Below, one piece after another: positions 40,002-49,982 of a stretch of DNA of 64,000 nt. The notes below the pieces were generated by a model. It was not told the origin of the DNA and did no database searches. It worked only from the letters and a program-made list of their open reading frames with translations. How positions within the stretch are numbered: position 1 is the first letter of the stretch; every line of letters starts with the position of its first letter. Location: IMG/VR virus record IMGVR_UViG_3300020429_000539, positions 236,263-300,262 of that record, one strand, 5' to 3'. The DNA comes from a virus. Its lineage: Duplodnaviria > Heunggongvirae > Uroviricota > Caudoviricetes. The translations under genes and the position numbers were made by a program.

Positions 40002-40510
40002 TGACTAAGCAAATAACAAAAGAGGCGCAGCAATCTTTATTCGATTTTCTTGTTGACCTCATGCCAGATTTACAAATCACAAGGATAAGACAGGGGCCTT
40101 CTGCTGAAGAGAAGAAACTCTTCTCCGTTTGGTCTGATACTGCGAATAAGATTACCGGCAAGAAGTTCCACCGCCCGCCGACGATGAGCGAAGTTGAGGT
40201 AGCTAAGCTTGAGAATGCTGGGCTTATTCAGGTTCAGGGTCGCAGCCTTCGCGTAACAGATAAGGGCGCTAAGGCTATACAGCAGATTATCCTCTCGGAA
40301 GAGAAATCAGTATTTGAGAAGTCATCTTCTCGCTCGGGTCATATTAAGACTGCATCATACCAAACAATGACCGATGAAGAACGGGAAGAAAGAGAAGAGG
40401 AGCTTGCTGACCATACGCCAAGCTTTGCCGAGTATGTCAACTCGCAGCATGACAATAAAGGCAAGAATCGTAAGGCATCTAATTGGTATCAGCATTTGAA
40501 AAACCAATGA
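40001..40510 (+). CDS. winged-helix-like putative internal protein
   Basis: KEAQ and KTAS motifs; LENAGLI..LRVTDKG; C-terminal NWYQH. Confidence 0.65.
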   Translation: MTKQITKEAQQSLFDFLVDLMPDLQITRIRQGPSAEEKKLFSVWSDTANKITGKKFHRPPTMSEVEVAKLENAGLIQVQGRSLRVTDKGAKAIQQIILSEEKSVFEKSSSRSGHIKTASYQTMTDEEREEREEELADHTPSFAEYVNSQHDNKGKNRKASNWYQHLKNQ

Positions 40511-40917
40511 AAACATATCTGATTGAGTTTACTGAAACAACTAAGCGAGTCAAAAATAGAGTTCTCAATAGACTGTATTGGTATGATTCGGTCGGTAAAA
40601 AGATGTATACCATCCTTGGTGACCAGCTTCGTTTTGAATGGAAGCCTGACTTGGGTAGGTCGGTTCCTGCTGCCGAGTGGTCGAATGAACATCAGTCATA
40701 CGTGATGAAAGAAGAAGTCTTTGGTATAGGTTACCAGCGTTCAGACAACAAAGATGATGTAAAGGAGTGGGTTGAGAATGTTGGTAAGAGATTTGGTATA
40801 GAAATCGACCAAACTGAATCGGATAACAAGGGACTTGCCATCGAGGTAGATGATTCAGTTGCTTATCAGGTCGAATACGCAATGGAGAGGCAAAACTTTA
40901 GGTTTACAGAGCTATGA
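40507..40917 (+). CDS. hypothetical protein
   Basis: ORF coupled to both neighbours. Confidence 0.7.
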   Translation: MKTYLIEFTETTKRVKNRVLNRLYWYDSVGKKMYTILGDQLRFEWKPDLGRSVPAAEWSNEHQSYVMKEEVFGIGYQRSDNKDDVKEWVENVGKRFGIEIDQTESDNKGLAIEVDDSVAYQVEYAMERQNFRFTEL

Positions 40918-41132
40918 AGATAATCAAATCAAAGAGCTATGAAGACAAAATCAGAGGAGGACTTGCTGACGAGAAGAAGCCATCTGATTTTGATTCGATT
41001 GAGCTAGAGAAGGGTATCAAAGTTGAAATGGAACATACTGATAGTCGCTCAGTTGCTAAAGAGATTGCTATGGACCATTTGACTGAAGACCCTAACTACT
41101 ACAAGAAGCTGAAGAAAATAGAGAAACATTGA
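40914..41132 (+). CDS. DUF5661-like small protein
   Basis: ELEKGIKVEMEHT..AKEIAMDHL.EDPNYY.KL. Confidence 0.75.
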   Translation: MKIIKSKSYEDKIRGGLADEKKPSDFDSIELEKGIKVEMEHTDSRSVAKEIAMDHLTEDPNYYKKLKKIEKH

Positions 41133-42079
41133 TGCTCAATGACCCTCCCAAGCTATTTGTTGATGTTGCTGATACCCCTTACAAACAAGCTCAGGGGTTG
41201 ATGTTCATTAACAAACTACCTGAAAATGAGGGAATGCTTTTTGATTTTGCAAGGCAAAAAATCCTCTCTTTTTGGGGAGAGAATACCTATATACCGTTGG
41301 ATATTGCTTTTGCGGATACTGAGGGCACGATTCACGAGATTACCAATATCAAACCACTCAACCGCAAACCCGTAAGAAGCAGTGTACCATGCCGTTATGC
41401 GATAGAAGCAAATACAGGATATTTTAGAGAGAATCGCATTGATATTGGCGACAAAATTGTCATAGAAGAAGACCCTGTGAGAGGGAAGTATGTATGTTTT
41501 GCTAAAAAAAGAAGGAATGAGAAGTCAGGAGAAGGAAAAGCTAAACGGACGCAAGTCTCACAGCTACTTAGCTCGGACCCGTCTGGACAATTAGGAGATG
41601 CATACCAGCCACAGGCAGACGAAGAACAGGCACGGTCACAATATGAGTCGCTTCCGAAGTTGACGCCGCAAGACATCGGGATGGCCCTTGAGGATAACCT
41701 CGAAGAGCCTCCTCTCGAAGTTCAGCCGCCCTCAGAAGCTCCTCCACCTGACATGCCAGTCGAGCTTCCGGAGATTCCGGACAGCCCGATAGATGAAGTT
41801 CCTGATTTTGAAAACGCCTTTGACGCGACTGAATGGTCAAAGCCAACGGCACAGAATCAGTTTACCGGACACTTGATGAGGATTAGTTACACGACAAAGA
41901 GCGGAAAGAACATTATCAGAGATGTTGAGCCTCACGGAACTTTTCACGCTGAAACGACGGGTAATGAAATAATGGTAACGTTCGATAGAACTGTAGGAGA
42001 CATTCGGGCTTTTATAATCAGCAACATCACAGCTTATGCTGTTGCCGATGAAGAATTTGAACCGAAGTTTAGGGTTTAA
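41129..42079 (+). CDS. DUF192 domain fused to C-terminal WYL-like domain
   Basis: VADT..QGLMF..GMLFDF..NTYIPLDIAF..AIEANTG; Pro-rich linker; ISYTTKSG..RDVEP..IRAF. Confidence 0.75.
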   Translation: MMLNDPPKLFVDVADTPYKQAQGLMFINKLPENEGMLFDFARQKILSFWGENTYIPLDIAFADTEGTIHEITNIKPLNRKPVRSSVPCRYAIEANTGYFRENRIDIGDKIVIEEDPVRGKYVCFAKKRRNEKSGEGKAKRTQVSQLLSSDPSGQLGDAYQPQADEEQARSQYESLPKLTPQDIGMALEDNLEEPPLEVQPPSEAPPPDMPVELPEIPDSPIDEVPDFENAFDATEWSKPTAQNQFTGHLMRISYTTKSGKNIIRDVEPHGTFHAETTGNEIMVTFDRTVGDIRAFIISNITAYAVADEEFEPKFRV

Positions 42080-42084
42080 TACTT

Positions 42085-43314
42085 ATGGACAATCATGTCA
42101 ATCAACTTGTGAAGATTGCTGGTAGCCTTGATAAGGCTGGTGGCGATAAGTTCGCTTCGCGGCTGGATGCAATATCCGACAAGCTTCTTGGCGTGAAGGT
42201 CGCTCAGTATGTTGGCTTGCAAGGTTATTGGATTCGCAATACACGCTGTTGGTCGAATTGTTACCGTCAAAAGAGAGCAGGCAATCCTGATATGCCAGCC
42301 CAAGAGGTCTGGGGCAAGTGTCATGAAGAGTATCTTGCTTCAATAAATAATGATGGCAGCAAGTGGGATAAATATGCCGAAAGCGAAGAGGGTCGAATCA
42401 AGGTAGCATCCGCGAAGGCTGAGCTAGATGCGAAGCTCGCCAAAGCAATCGAAAGAAATAAGAAAGAAGGCATGTCTCTTGGCAATGCCATTTTTGCTGG
42501 TATTGAAGAAATGCAGGGCGATAACTCTCAAGAGTTCATTCGAATCGCTACTGATTTATTCGAGTTGGCATCGGATGCCTTCGAGAAGTATCCATCCGAG
42601 TCTGTGACTCTTGCTAAGGTCGCTGAGCAACTAACCAAAGAGGCTCAGAGCAGCATCGGCAATTTCTTCAGAGGTATCGGCAATATGGGCCGTGGTATCG
42701 GTAATGCGGTTGGCGATGTGGCAAGCGGCGTCAAGCAGAACATAACCATTAATACTCAGCTTAGCGCGATGGACCGTGCGGTGCAGCAGATTATGGCTGA
42801 GGTTACTCGTCTTAATGAGGCAAAGAATGGTCTTGTTCAGTTTTTGAGCAACAATCCTGGTCGCACGCCAAATCAGGTTCAGAACTCGCAGCAAGTTCTT
42901 GCGGCTCTTCAGCAGCTTATGCCCGGAGATGCAAGACAAGTGGGTCAGAAGTGGCAGAATATTAGACAGCAGATACAACAGAATTTCCAAGGCCAATCGC
43001 AACAGCAACAGGCGCAGCCAGCGGCTCCCGCAGCACAACAAGCTCAGCAGCCGGCTCCCGCAGCATCGCCTGTGACAAATGCGGAGCAAGCTATGCAGGC
43101 AATGAGCAACCTCGACCCGACAACGGCTCTTGAGGTTGCTCGCAGGTTAGAACAGGCAGCAAATGCAGCAGGCATTGGTGGACAGATGTCAGGAGCCCGC
43201 GTGGGCGATTACTTGAGCGGAGATCAGACCGCTCTTGCTAAATCAATGAAGACAGTTAAGCTCGGAGGTTATAACCGAGCTAGGCAAAAGGTTCAAAATA
43301 TTGGAGGAGCCTAA
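42085..43314 (+). CDS. putative head internal protein, Gln-rich
   Basis: many KxA motifs (KIAG, KVAQ, KYAE, KVAS, KEAQ); RCWSNCYRQKR domain. Confidence 0.7.
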   Translation: MDNHVNQLVKIAGSLDKAGGDKFASRLDAISDKLLGVKVAQYVGLQGYWIRNTRCWSNCYRQKRAGNPDMPAQEVWGKCHEEYLASINNDGSKWDKYAESEEGRIKVASAKAELDAKLAKAIERNKKEGMSLGNAIFAGIEEMQGDNSQEFIRIATDLFELASDAFEKYPSESVTLAKVAEQLTKEAQSSIGNFFRGIGNMGRGIGNAVGDVASGVKQNITINTQLSAMDRAVQQIMAEVTRLNEAKNGLVQFLSNNPGRTPNQVQNSQQVLAALQQLMPGDARQVGQKWQNIRQQIQQNFQGQSQQQQAQPAAPAAQQAQQPAPAASPVTNAEQAMQAMSNLDPTTALEVARRLEQAANAAGIGGQMSGARVGDYLSGDQTALAKSMKTVKLGGYNRARQKVQNIGGA

Positions 43315-43317
43315 GTT

Positions 43318-44064
43318 ATGAAGTTTTACACAAACAAAATCTCAACCAACAAAACTGGTAGTTTCTCAGAGCTAATTAAGACGGCCCTGGGCAACGAGCA
43401 GCAGGTTAAGACTGCTTCCTCGGAGGCAAAGCTTAGCAAGACTGCACAAGAAGCTGGCATCAATGATGACGGCGAAGGTAAGCGTGAGGGCAAGCATTGG
43501 ATCGAAGGTTCGCCTTCTGATGACAATGGCGAACCCGAAGCTGATGGAGAAGTTAAGACCGTTGAGCCAGCAGGCCTCGACTCGGGCAAAGAGACCATGA
43601 GCGAAGCCGAAGGCGAGACCAAACTTGCTTCTGACGAGGGCGATTCTGGTCCTGCTAAGGGCGATGGTCCTGGCGATGATGACGACCTCGAAGGCAAGAA
43701 CGAGGGTCGTTTTCCCGAGCCCGACCGTGAGTCGAGCGACTGCTACACGCAGGAAGCCGAGGACGATGGCAAAGCTGAAGTTAAGGCCTCTGCTAAGAAG
43801 CAGAAGAAAGAGGCTGGTGAACTACCTGACGCCCTCAAGGAGCATCAGTTCAAGTCCAAGGACTCGAAGGATGACGATGACGGACACGACGATGCAGACG
43901 GTAAGGAAGACGATGCTGACAAGGAGGCATGCAACGCTTCTGCTAAGGTTTCTAGCCTTGAGAAGATTGCTAACCTTTCGCCAAAGGCTAAGGCTCGTTT
44001 GAAGTCTTACTGGAACATGGTTTATCCCGAAGCATACGCTGACGCGATGACCCAGGATAAGTAA
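43318..44064 (+). CDS. acidic putative scaffold/internal protein
   Basis: KTAS, KTAQ, KLAS, KEAG, KIAN motifs; D/E-rich. Confidence 0.7.
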   Translation: MKFYTNKISTNKTGSFSELIKTALGNEQQVKTASSEAKLSKTAQEAGINDDGEGKREGKHWIEGSPSDDNGEPEADGEVKTVEPAGLDSGKETMSEAEGETKLASDEGDSGPAKGDGPGDDDDLEGKNEGRFPEPDRESSDCYTQEAEDDGKAEVKASAKKQKKEAGELPDALKEHQFKSKDSKDDDDGHDDADGKEDDADKEACNASAKVSSLEKIANLSPKAKARLKSYWNMVYPEAYADAMTQDK

Positions 44065-44094
44065 TCAGTCTGCCAAGGCTAAAAGGAGTCAGTT

Positions 44095-44811
44095 ATGAGT
44101 TTAGTTCCATCAGGTCGGCGTAGGGTCCAAGTTGCGCAAAGTTTCTCTTCTCAGTCCACGGGGCTGGGTGGCGATGATGTTGCGCAGGATTCATTCTATG
44201 CCGACCCGCAACAGCAGCAAGGGCAGCAGGAGGCCCCGGCCTTCGATTTTAATGCTCTACAGCAAAACATGGAACAAGACCAAGCTGCTCCACAGCCTTC
44301 GGCAGAGGATATTGACGGCGCAGTAAACGGAGAGCAAGGCGGAGATTCCGACCTTGCCGGAAACTTGGAAAGCTTCATTATACAGAGGCTTGTTTCACTG
44401 GGTGTCCCCGAGCGAATGTTCGGAGGCAAGGATGGGGTTGACCCGTTCTTCCAATGGGATGAGGATTTGGATAGCGAGACAAGCTCAGGTTTCTATCTGA
44501 TTCCATCGTTTACGGCGACTCAAAAAATTGGCCGAGACGAGGCCAAACAGCTAGCTACTGAGATTGGTCAGAAGTTCAACCTTTCTCAGAAAATCACCAA
44601 AGAAGGCCGAAACTACAAAGTTAAGTTTCAGACCAAAATCGCAGAGCCCGAGGCTGCTCAGTTTGGAACCTCATTGGATGATGTTATCAAGCCAGGAACT
44701 TTTCAGCAAGGAGATTCCAAGGCGGCTTCGAGTAGGCATCCATACATTACAGGTTCCAAAGATAGCGTCTTGGCAAGTATTCAAAAGCAACTCGATAGGA
44801 GAGTAAAATAA
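44095..44811 (+). CDS. putative internal protein
   Basis: AAGGAG RBS; QVAQ leader. Confidence 0.7.
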   Translation: MSLVPSGRRRVQVAQSFSSQSTGLGGDDVAQDSFYADPQQQQGQQEAPAFDFNALQQNMEQDQAAPQPSAEDIDGAVNGEQGGDSDLAGNLESFIIQRLVSLGVPERMFGGKDGVDPFFQWDEDLDSETSSGFYLIPSFTATQKIGRDEAKQLATEIGQKFNLSQKITKEGRNYKVKFQTKIAEPEAAQFGTSLDDVIKPGTFQQGDSKAASSRHPYITGSKDSVLASIQKQLDRRVK

Positions 44812-45593
44812 TGGGCAGACTTCAGAAAACATCTGATCAAGTAAACTTGAGCATCTTTGATACGCTCGCTCAGGAACACATCAACATTGAGGATCGTGAG
44901 CCTGAGATGAAGTCGCGTGCAGAGAGGCAGTCGGCCTTTGATCGCTCATTTGAAGAAATGGCCGACTCTCCTAAGTTGTCGCATAACAGCATCGATGAAT
45001 TCGACCTTGTTCGAGGTCGTCACAGCATTCGCTCGGCTGCCTGTGGCAATATTAGCGACGAAGGCTCCTCCAATAATGCTTACGGAGTCGCTGGTAAGAA
45101 TAGTGTTTTTGATCCCAACTTGTTAGACCGTATGGGCAAAGCTTCGTCAAACCGCGAACGAACAGCAGCAGAGAAGGCCTCTTCTCATGCTATCCGTGCT
45201 GCGAAGCAGTCTGAGTATCGTAATCAGATGTCGCCACAAGTAGGCGAGTCTGATGAGTCATACATCGGTCGTCATGCATCTTCGGTAGTTTCTAACTCGC
45301 AAACAGCACACCGTCATGGTTGGGTTCCAAATGGTTCTATCAGTATCTTTGATAACGAAGATTTTGAGAGAGTCAAGCCAACGCAGGGCGAATCTATGGA
45401 AAAGAAAGCTGCCACCGATGATAAGTCGTGGCAGCAGATCAAGAAGGCAAGCACAACCAAGGAAGCTGCCTCTGGTCTTTTTGATAAGCTAGCAGCGGAA
45501 GATGATTCTGCGAACTACAAAAATACGCAGAAAGAATCAACAGACCGTCTGTTCGATATTCTTCAGTCCCGCATGGGTACTGAGGGGGAGTAA
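44811..45593 (+). CDS. putative internal protein
   Basis: 260 aa; KKAA, KKAS, KEAA, KLAA motifs. Confidence 0.7.
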   Translation: MGRLQKTSDQVNLSIFDTLAQEHINIEDREPEMKSRAERQSAFDRSFEEMADSPKLSHNSIDEFDLVRGRHSIRSAACGNISDEGSSNNAYGVAGKNSVFDPNLLDRMGKASSNRERTAAEKASSHAIRAAKQSEYRNQMSPQVGESDESYIGRHASSVVSNSQTAHRHGWVPNGSISIFDNEDFERVKPTQGESMEKKAATDDKSWQQIKKASTTKEAASGLFDKLAAEDDSANYKNTQKESTDRLFDILQSRMGTEGE

Positions 45594-45596
45594 TGA

Positions 45597-46826
45597 ATGG
45601 CCTTGCCTCCGAGCGCAGTAGATGCGTTGAATACAAGTCAGATGGCGATTGACGATTTGGTCAATAATAACCTTGGGCAAATACCCGAAGGTTTGTCGCC
45701 TGATGAAGTAACGGAATACATGGCAAGGCAGAGGACAATGCTTGAACAAGCGATGAATACTATCCAAGTTTTGAATAACACTCAGAATCAAGTGGGCGAA
45801 ATAGTGGAAGACGCCGAATCAGCGCTTCCAGCTATGGCTTCGTCTTACTTTAACTTGGAGAGACTAGCTCAGGGTATGGGTATTGAAACACCTTTAACAG
45901 AGGAACCTCCTGTCGATGATGCAATGGAGGTTCCTACGCAAGATACAAGCCTCGACCCGAGCCAGAGCCTCTCCTTTGGTTCGCACGTTGATTTATTCAA
46001 CTGGATGGAAGACCAAGTTCAGGCAGGGGCAGATTCTACAGCCCTTAGACAGCAGCTTATTTCTGCTGTTGGCGACAATGAAATCATAACCTCAGACGGT
46101 CTACCTATAGAACCGGCAGAGGTAATTGCTGATATTGTGCCGAAATATGTAGAAGCCTTTGGGCCTGACCCCAGTGATACTGAGATGAGGGCTCAACTAG
46201 CAGAGAGGATTTTTAGAGTTATGCCACAGCAAGATTCAGGTTCGAATGAAATTTCGGTTGTTGAGCGAACTGTGGCCGAGACCAACGCCACGATTCGTCG
46301 AGCAGCTATAGAGTATGCCGCCCACCAGAAAAAGGCAAAGGGAGAGTCTTTCAATCTCAAGAAGACTGCTCAGCACAAGGCTCTAGAGAACGTTATTGTT
46401 CATGGACCAGGTGGTAATCGTATTGATCCATTTACGGGTTATTTGATTAGCGATTGGCACGTATACGAGCGCAACAAGGGTTGGGGCATTCGTCCAGGCG
46501 ATGCTCCGTTTGTTGATTACGAAGCCATCTGGCGAGATACGGTCATGGACAAATATAGCCGTCCATTCCGTGATAAGGACGGCAACTGGGTTGGTGGTTA
46601 CATTCAGAAGCGATTCGAAGTTGATAAGTGGATTCCTGAAACAAACAATCTTCAGTTGAAGCCCGGTCAGCGTCGTAAGCCATATCTTGCCGAGTATCGT
46701 TCGCACGAGGCAAGGCTACAGGATCTTCGTTCTAAAGAAGACTCCCGTGGTCGTGAGTTTAACGATACGAGTAAGCCCTTTAACTGGAAAGAAGCCCAAA
46801 GCGCTAAAAAAAAAGTAACGGGCTGA
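45597..46826 (+). CDS. putative head protein; ends in an A9 slippery run
   Basis: FNLERLAQ, FNLKKTAQ, FNWKEAQ motifs. Confidence 0.75.
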   Translation: MALPPSAVDALNTSQMAIDDLVNNNLGQIPEGLSPDEVTEYMARQRTMLEQAMNTIQVLNNTQNQVGEIVEDAESALPAMASSYFNLERLAQGMGIETPLTEEPPVDDAMEVPTQDTSLDPSQSLSFGSHVDLFNWMEDQVQAGADSTALRQQLISAVGDNEIITSDGLPIEPAEVIADIVPKYVEAFGPDPSDTEMRAQLAERIFRVMPQQDSGSNEISVVERTVAETNATIRRAAIEYAAHQKKAKGESFNLKKTAQHKALENVIVHGPGGNRIDPFTGYLISDWHVYERNKGWGIRPGDAPFVDYEAIWRDTVMDKYSRPFRDKDGNWVGGYIQKRFEVDKWIPETNNLQLKPGQRRKPYLAEYRSHEARLQDLRSKEDSRGREFNDTSKPFNWKEAQSAKKKVTG

Positions 46827-47254
46827 AAACTACCAGTATTTTGCAAAACTCAAAAACCGCACAAGGCCGTCCTATGACGGACCCTTTTGTCATGCCCGAA
46901 ATTGGCGAGACACAGGGCGAGGCGCAGAGGCGAAACTCTCCTGCTTTGCAAAAGACATGCCCTGTGTGCCAGTCTACTAACGCGCCAGAGGCAACCAATT
47001 GCGCAAACTGTGGCTCGTCTCTAGAGACGCCGTACATGGTTCCTAGGCAGCAGAAGCAAAAGATGGCTCAGATTGGTAGCTACATGGTTAATCCACCTGC
47101 CAATCGTAATGTCATGAAGCCAACTACTGAAACGTTTGAAAGACGGGTTAAGAGGCCGATTCAGCAAAACTTGTCTGATGAGCATGCCGATATAACTGAC
47201 GAAGACCACATAATCCAGGTTGGCGAGTCAGCCAACGCTCTTGGTTTAGAGTAA
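46808..47254 (+). CDS. Zn-ribbon protein, probably the -1 frameshift extension of the upstream gene
   Basis: CPVC..CANCG; frame open from the A-run at 46808; no clear RBS. Confidence 0.6.
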   Translation, partial: KKSNGLKTTSILQNSKTAQGRPMTDPFVMPEIGETQGEAQRRNSPALQKTCPVCQSTNAPEATNCANCGSSLETPYMVPRQQKQKMAQIGSYMVNPPANRNVMKPTTETFERRVKRPIQQNLSDEHADITDEDHIIQVGESANALGLE

Positions 47255-47268
47255 GGAGATGAAGAACT

Positions 47269-49536
47269 ATGGCCGGTAAAAAGCCTATCAGGATGCAACT
47301 TCCCGATAAAAACACAAAGCGTATTGCTACCGCTGCGAGAACCAAGACTGGCGTAACACCCACACCAAAGAGTGTTTCTCCTGTTGCGGGTCTTGCTGCC
47401 AGCGCAACTGTTTCGATGCCCCTAACCCGTTCTGCTCAGTCAATCGGAGGTTCGGGCGCATTGTTTACGCAGCCTATGTTCTTCTCGCCGCTGCATACTC
47501 CTCAGAACTGGCAAATTGCTAGCAAGAGACAGGAAGTTTATCAATGGGCACGGTTCTACTATGAAAATGAACCCAAGGTGGCCGCAGGCATCGATTTTTA
47601 TTCTCAGTTTCCTATCAACGGATTCAAACTAGAATGCAAGAGCAAGAAGATTCAAGAATTCTTTGATAGACTTTGCGATAAGCTAGATATGTTACGGATG
47701 CTTCGTCTTATATCGCACGAGCGATTTCTGATAGGAGACGTTTTTGTCTTTCTTGAGTTTGATTCTCCGGACACTCGTGGCGAAACCGATGTTCCACCCG
47801 ATGAGTGGAACCACGCAGACGGAACGATATCTCGTATCATTGTTCTGAATCCTGATTGGGTCGAGGTATATACAACTCCGCTTGCTGATGATCCTGAAAT
47901 CGTCATGCTTCCTGATGATGAACTCAAGAAGATTGTTCAAATGAAGCAGCCTCGCTCCATTTATGACCGTCTTCCTGAACAAGTTAAGGAGCTTGTTGCC
48001 GCCGGTCGTCCTATCCGTCTATCTAATCGTGCTGTTAGTCACATCAAGCATGGCGGCGCTCCGTATGGTGTTTATGGAGAATCTTTGCTTCGTCGTTTGT
48101 TTACTATTTTGGCATACAAGACAAAATTGATGACAGCAAACTGGATTGTGGCCGAGCGCCTTGTTCTTCCTGTTCGTGTTGTTAAGATTGGCGATGAGAA
48201 GCGTCCTGCGGGCGAGGATGATATTGCAGATGTTCAGCAGCAGTTGGGCGCGGTTGCAAACGACCCCAATCTAACCTTAGTCACTCACCATGCATTCGAT
48301 TATGAGTGGTATGGAGCTACAGGCAAGATTCATAATATCACGAACGAAGTAGAGCTAATCGGCAAGGAACTCCTTGACGGCATGATGCTCAACCAGGCGT
48401 TGCTTAATGGTGAGATGGCAGCATATTCATCGGCTCAGGTTGGTGTCGAAATGCTTATTCGTCGCCTTGAGTCTTGGAGAAATGAACTTGCGGATTGGGT
48501 AGAGAAAAACGTTTTCTTGACCGTCGCAAAGATGCAGGGCTTTATCGATGAAGAGGCTACAAAGCAGAGCGGCGAAAAATGCTACATCTATCCAAAGATT
48601 AAGTGGGATGACCTCAAGCTTCGTGACCCATCCAATCGTATACAGCAGGCTATACAGTTGAATCAGAATGGTATCATTTCAAACCAGACATTGCTTGAAA
48701 TGTTTGATCTTGACTATGACCAGGAAGTTCAACGTTTGCGAGAAGAGCAAATTATGGCCGGACCCGCTGGCGATGTCATGGGTGGCGGCATGGGTGGCGG
48801 CGGCATGCCTGGTGGCGGCATGGGTGGCGGCGCAGGCGGCATGCCCGGTGGTGACCCGATGGGCGGCGGTATGGGCGGACCTATGGGCGACCCGATGGGC
48901 GGTGGCATGGGCGGAGCGCCCGGCGGAGGAATGGGAGGAGCCCCGATGGGCGGAGCGCCTGGCGGAATGGGTGCGGCGGCCGGTTCTGCCCCTCAGAGGG
49001 TATACAAGAAAGGCAAAGCGCCTAAAGCGAAAGAACCTTCTCCTGAAGAGCAGATGATGTACCAGCCAAAAACTTTGCAGCTAACCAAGCCAGAAGCAAA
49101 AACTTATAGAATATTGAACGACATCAATCCTCCTCATCAGCTATTTGCTCAGTTCAAAGTTCAGGTTCCTGGCGAATCACAGCCATTTGCTCTCGATTTT
49201 GCCTATCCTGAGATTGGTCTCAACATTGAGGCAGATGGCGAGAAGTGGCACACAAGCGTTGAAGACAAGCAGTCTGACAACCAAAGAGACGTAAAACTTG
49301 CAAATATGGGCTGGACTGTTATCCGTATCAGCGAGTCTGCCTTAAATGAGAATGCAGATGAAGTTAAGAGGCTCTTATTCGATAGTATCAAAGAAGCTGC
49401 TGCTTTAAGAAGGAAACATGGTAAATCTTCAACAAATAAACAAGGAAGGTATGTCCAGGCTTCCTATGAAGAGTTTTCAAGTCCTGGACTAATCAGTATT
49501 AGCAAGGCCAAGTTCTTGCCTGAGGAGCAGCCGTGA
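47269..49536 (+). CDS. portal protein with Gly/Met/Pro linker and C-terminal DUF559-like endonuclease domain
   Basis: position between terminase and protease; IIVLNPDWVEV, HIKH...YGVYGESLL, PVRVVKIG; C-terminal LDFAYP..IEADGEKWH..RD..L..GWTVIRI. Confidence 0.8.
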   Translation: MAGKKPIRMQLPDKNTKRIATAARTKTGVTPTPKSVSPVAGLAASATVSMPLTRSAQSIGGSGALFTQPMFFSPLHTPQNWQIASKRQEVYQWARFYYENEPKVAAGIDFYSQFPINGFKLECKSKKIQEFFDRLCDKLDMLRMLRLISHERFLIGDVFVFLEFDSPDTRGETDVPPDEWNHADGTISRIIVLNPDWVEVYTTPLADDPEIVMLPDDELKKIVQMKQPRSIYDRLPEQVKELVAAGRPIRLSNRAVSHIKHGGAPYGVYGESLLRRLFTILAYKTKLMTANWIVAERLVLPVRVVKIGDEKRPAGEDDIADVQQQLGAVANDPNLTLVTHHAFDYEWYGATGKIHNITNEVELIGKELLDGMMLNQALLNGEMAAYSSAQVGVEMLIRRLESWRNELADWVEKNVFLTVAKMQGFIDEEATKQSGEKCYIYPKIKWDDLKLRDPSNRIQQAIQLNQNGIISNQTLLEMFDLDYDQEVQRLREEQIMAGPAGDVMGGGMGGGGMPGGGMGGGAGGMPGGDPMGGGMGGPMGDPMGGGMGGAPGGGMGGAPMGGAPGGMGAAAGSAPQRVYKKGKAPKAKEPSPEEQMMYQPKTLQLTKPEAKTYRILNDINPPHQLFAQFKVQVPGESQPFALDFAYPEIGLNIEADGEKWHTSVEDKQSDNQRDVKLANMGWTVIRISESALNENADEVKRLLFDSIKEAAALRRKHGKSSTNKQGRYVQASYEEFSSPGLISISKAKFLPEEQP
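48775..48990 (+). repeat. low-complexity GGM/GGP coding repeat within the portal gene
   Basis: tandem ATGGG(T/C)GGCGG-like units. Confidence 0.85.
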
Positions 49537-49973
49537 CCCTAGTTTTTGAACTCATCAAGAAAGCCGAGCATACCGGCGGTCGCAAGCCCATTAAGGAGAG
49601 GGGCATCAAGTGGGAGGAGTCGTATCACGACAAGTCTCTTTCTCTCAAGAAGAAGTTTGATAAGCAGCTTGGTCCAGGCGGGTATTTTAGGTGGGGTGGT
49701 CACGACTCAACCACGAACTCGGATTACTATGTTGTTGTGGGGCCTTCGGTTCACAAGAAGCAGGGCAAGGTATTTTTCTCGGGCATTAAAAAGATGCCTC
49801 CTCTTGCAGATCAGAAGACCAAAACATATTCGCCGTATGGAGAGTATTTTCGTACAATGAAAGCTGCTCTTGCTTATGCAAATGACAAGTGGGGTGTTCC
49901 TACACCAAAAGGTACACCAAACTATACAAAAGAGCAGCTTGAGCCTGTGGATATTCCTCAGCACGTTAACTAA
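49533..49973 (+). CDS. hypothetical protein in head module
   Basis: GAGGAG RBS, GTG start; IKKAE leader. Confidence 0.7.
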   Translation: MTLVFELIKKAEHTGGRKPIKERGIKWEESYHDKSLSLKKKFDKQLGPGGYFRWGGHDSTTNSDYYVVVGPSVHKKQGKVFFSGIKKMPPLADQKTKTYSPYGEYFRTMKAALAYANDKWGVPTPKGTPNYTKEQLEPVDIPQHVN

Positions 49974-49982
49974 GGGGTTATT

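Noticed and set aside
41501-41515. A7 run in the DUF192-WYL gene as a frameshift site
   Set aside because: The ORF continues in frame and no alternative-frame product is evident
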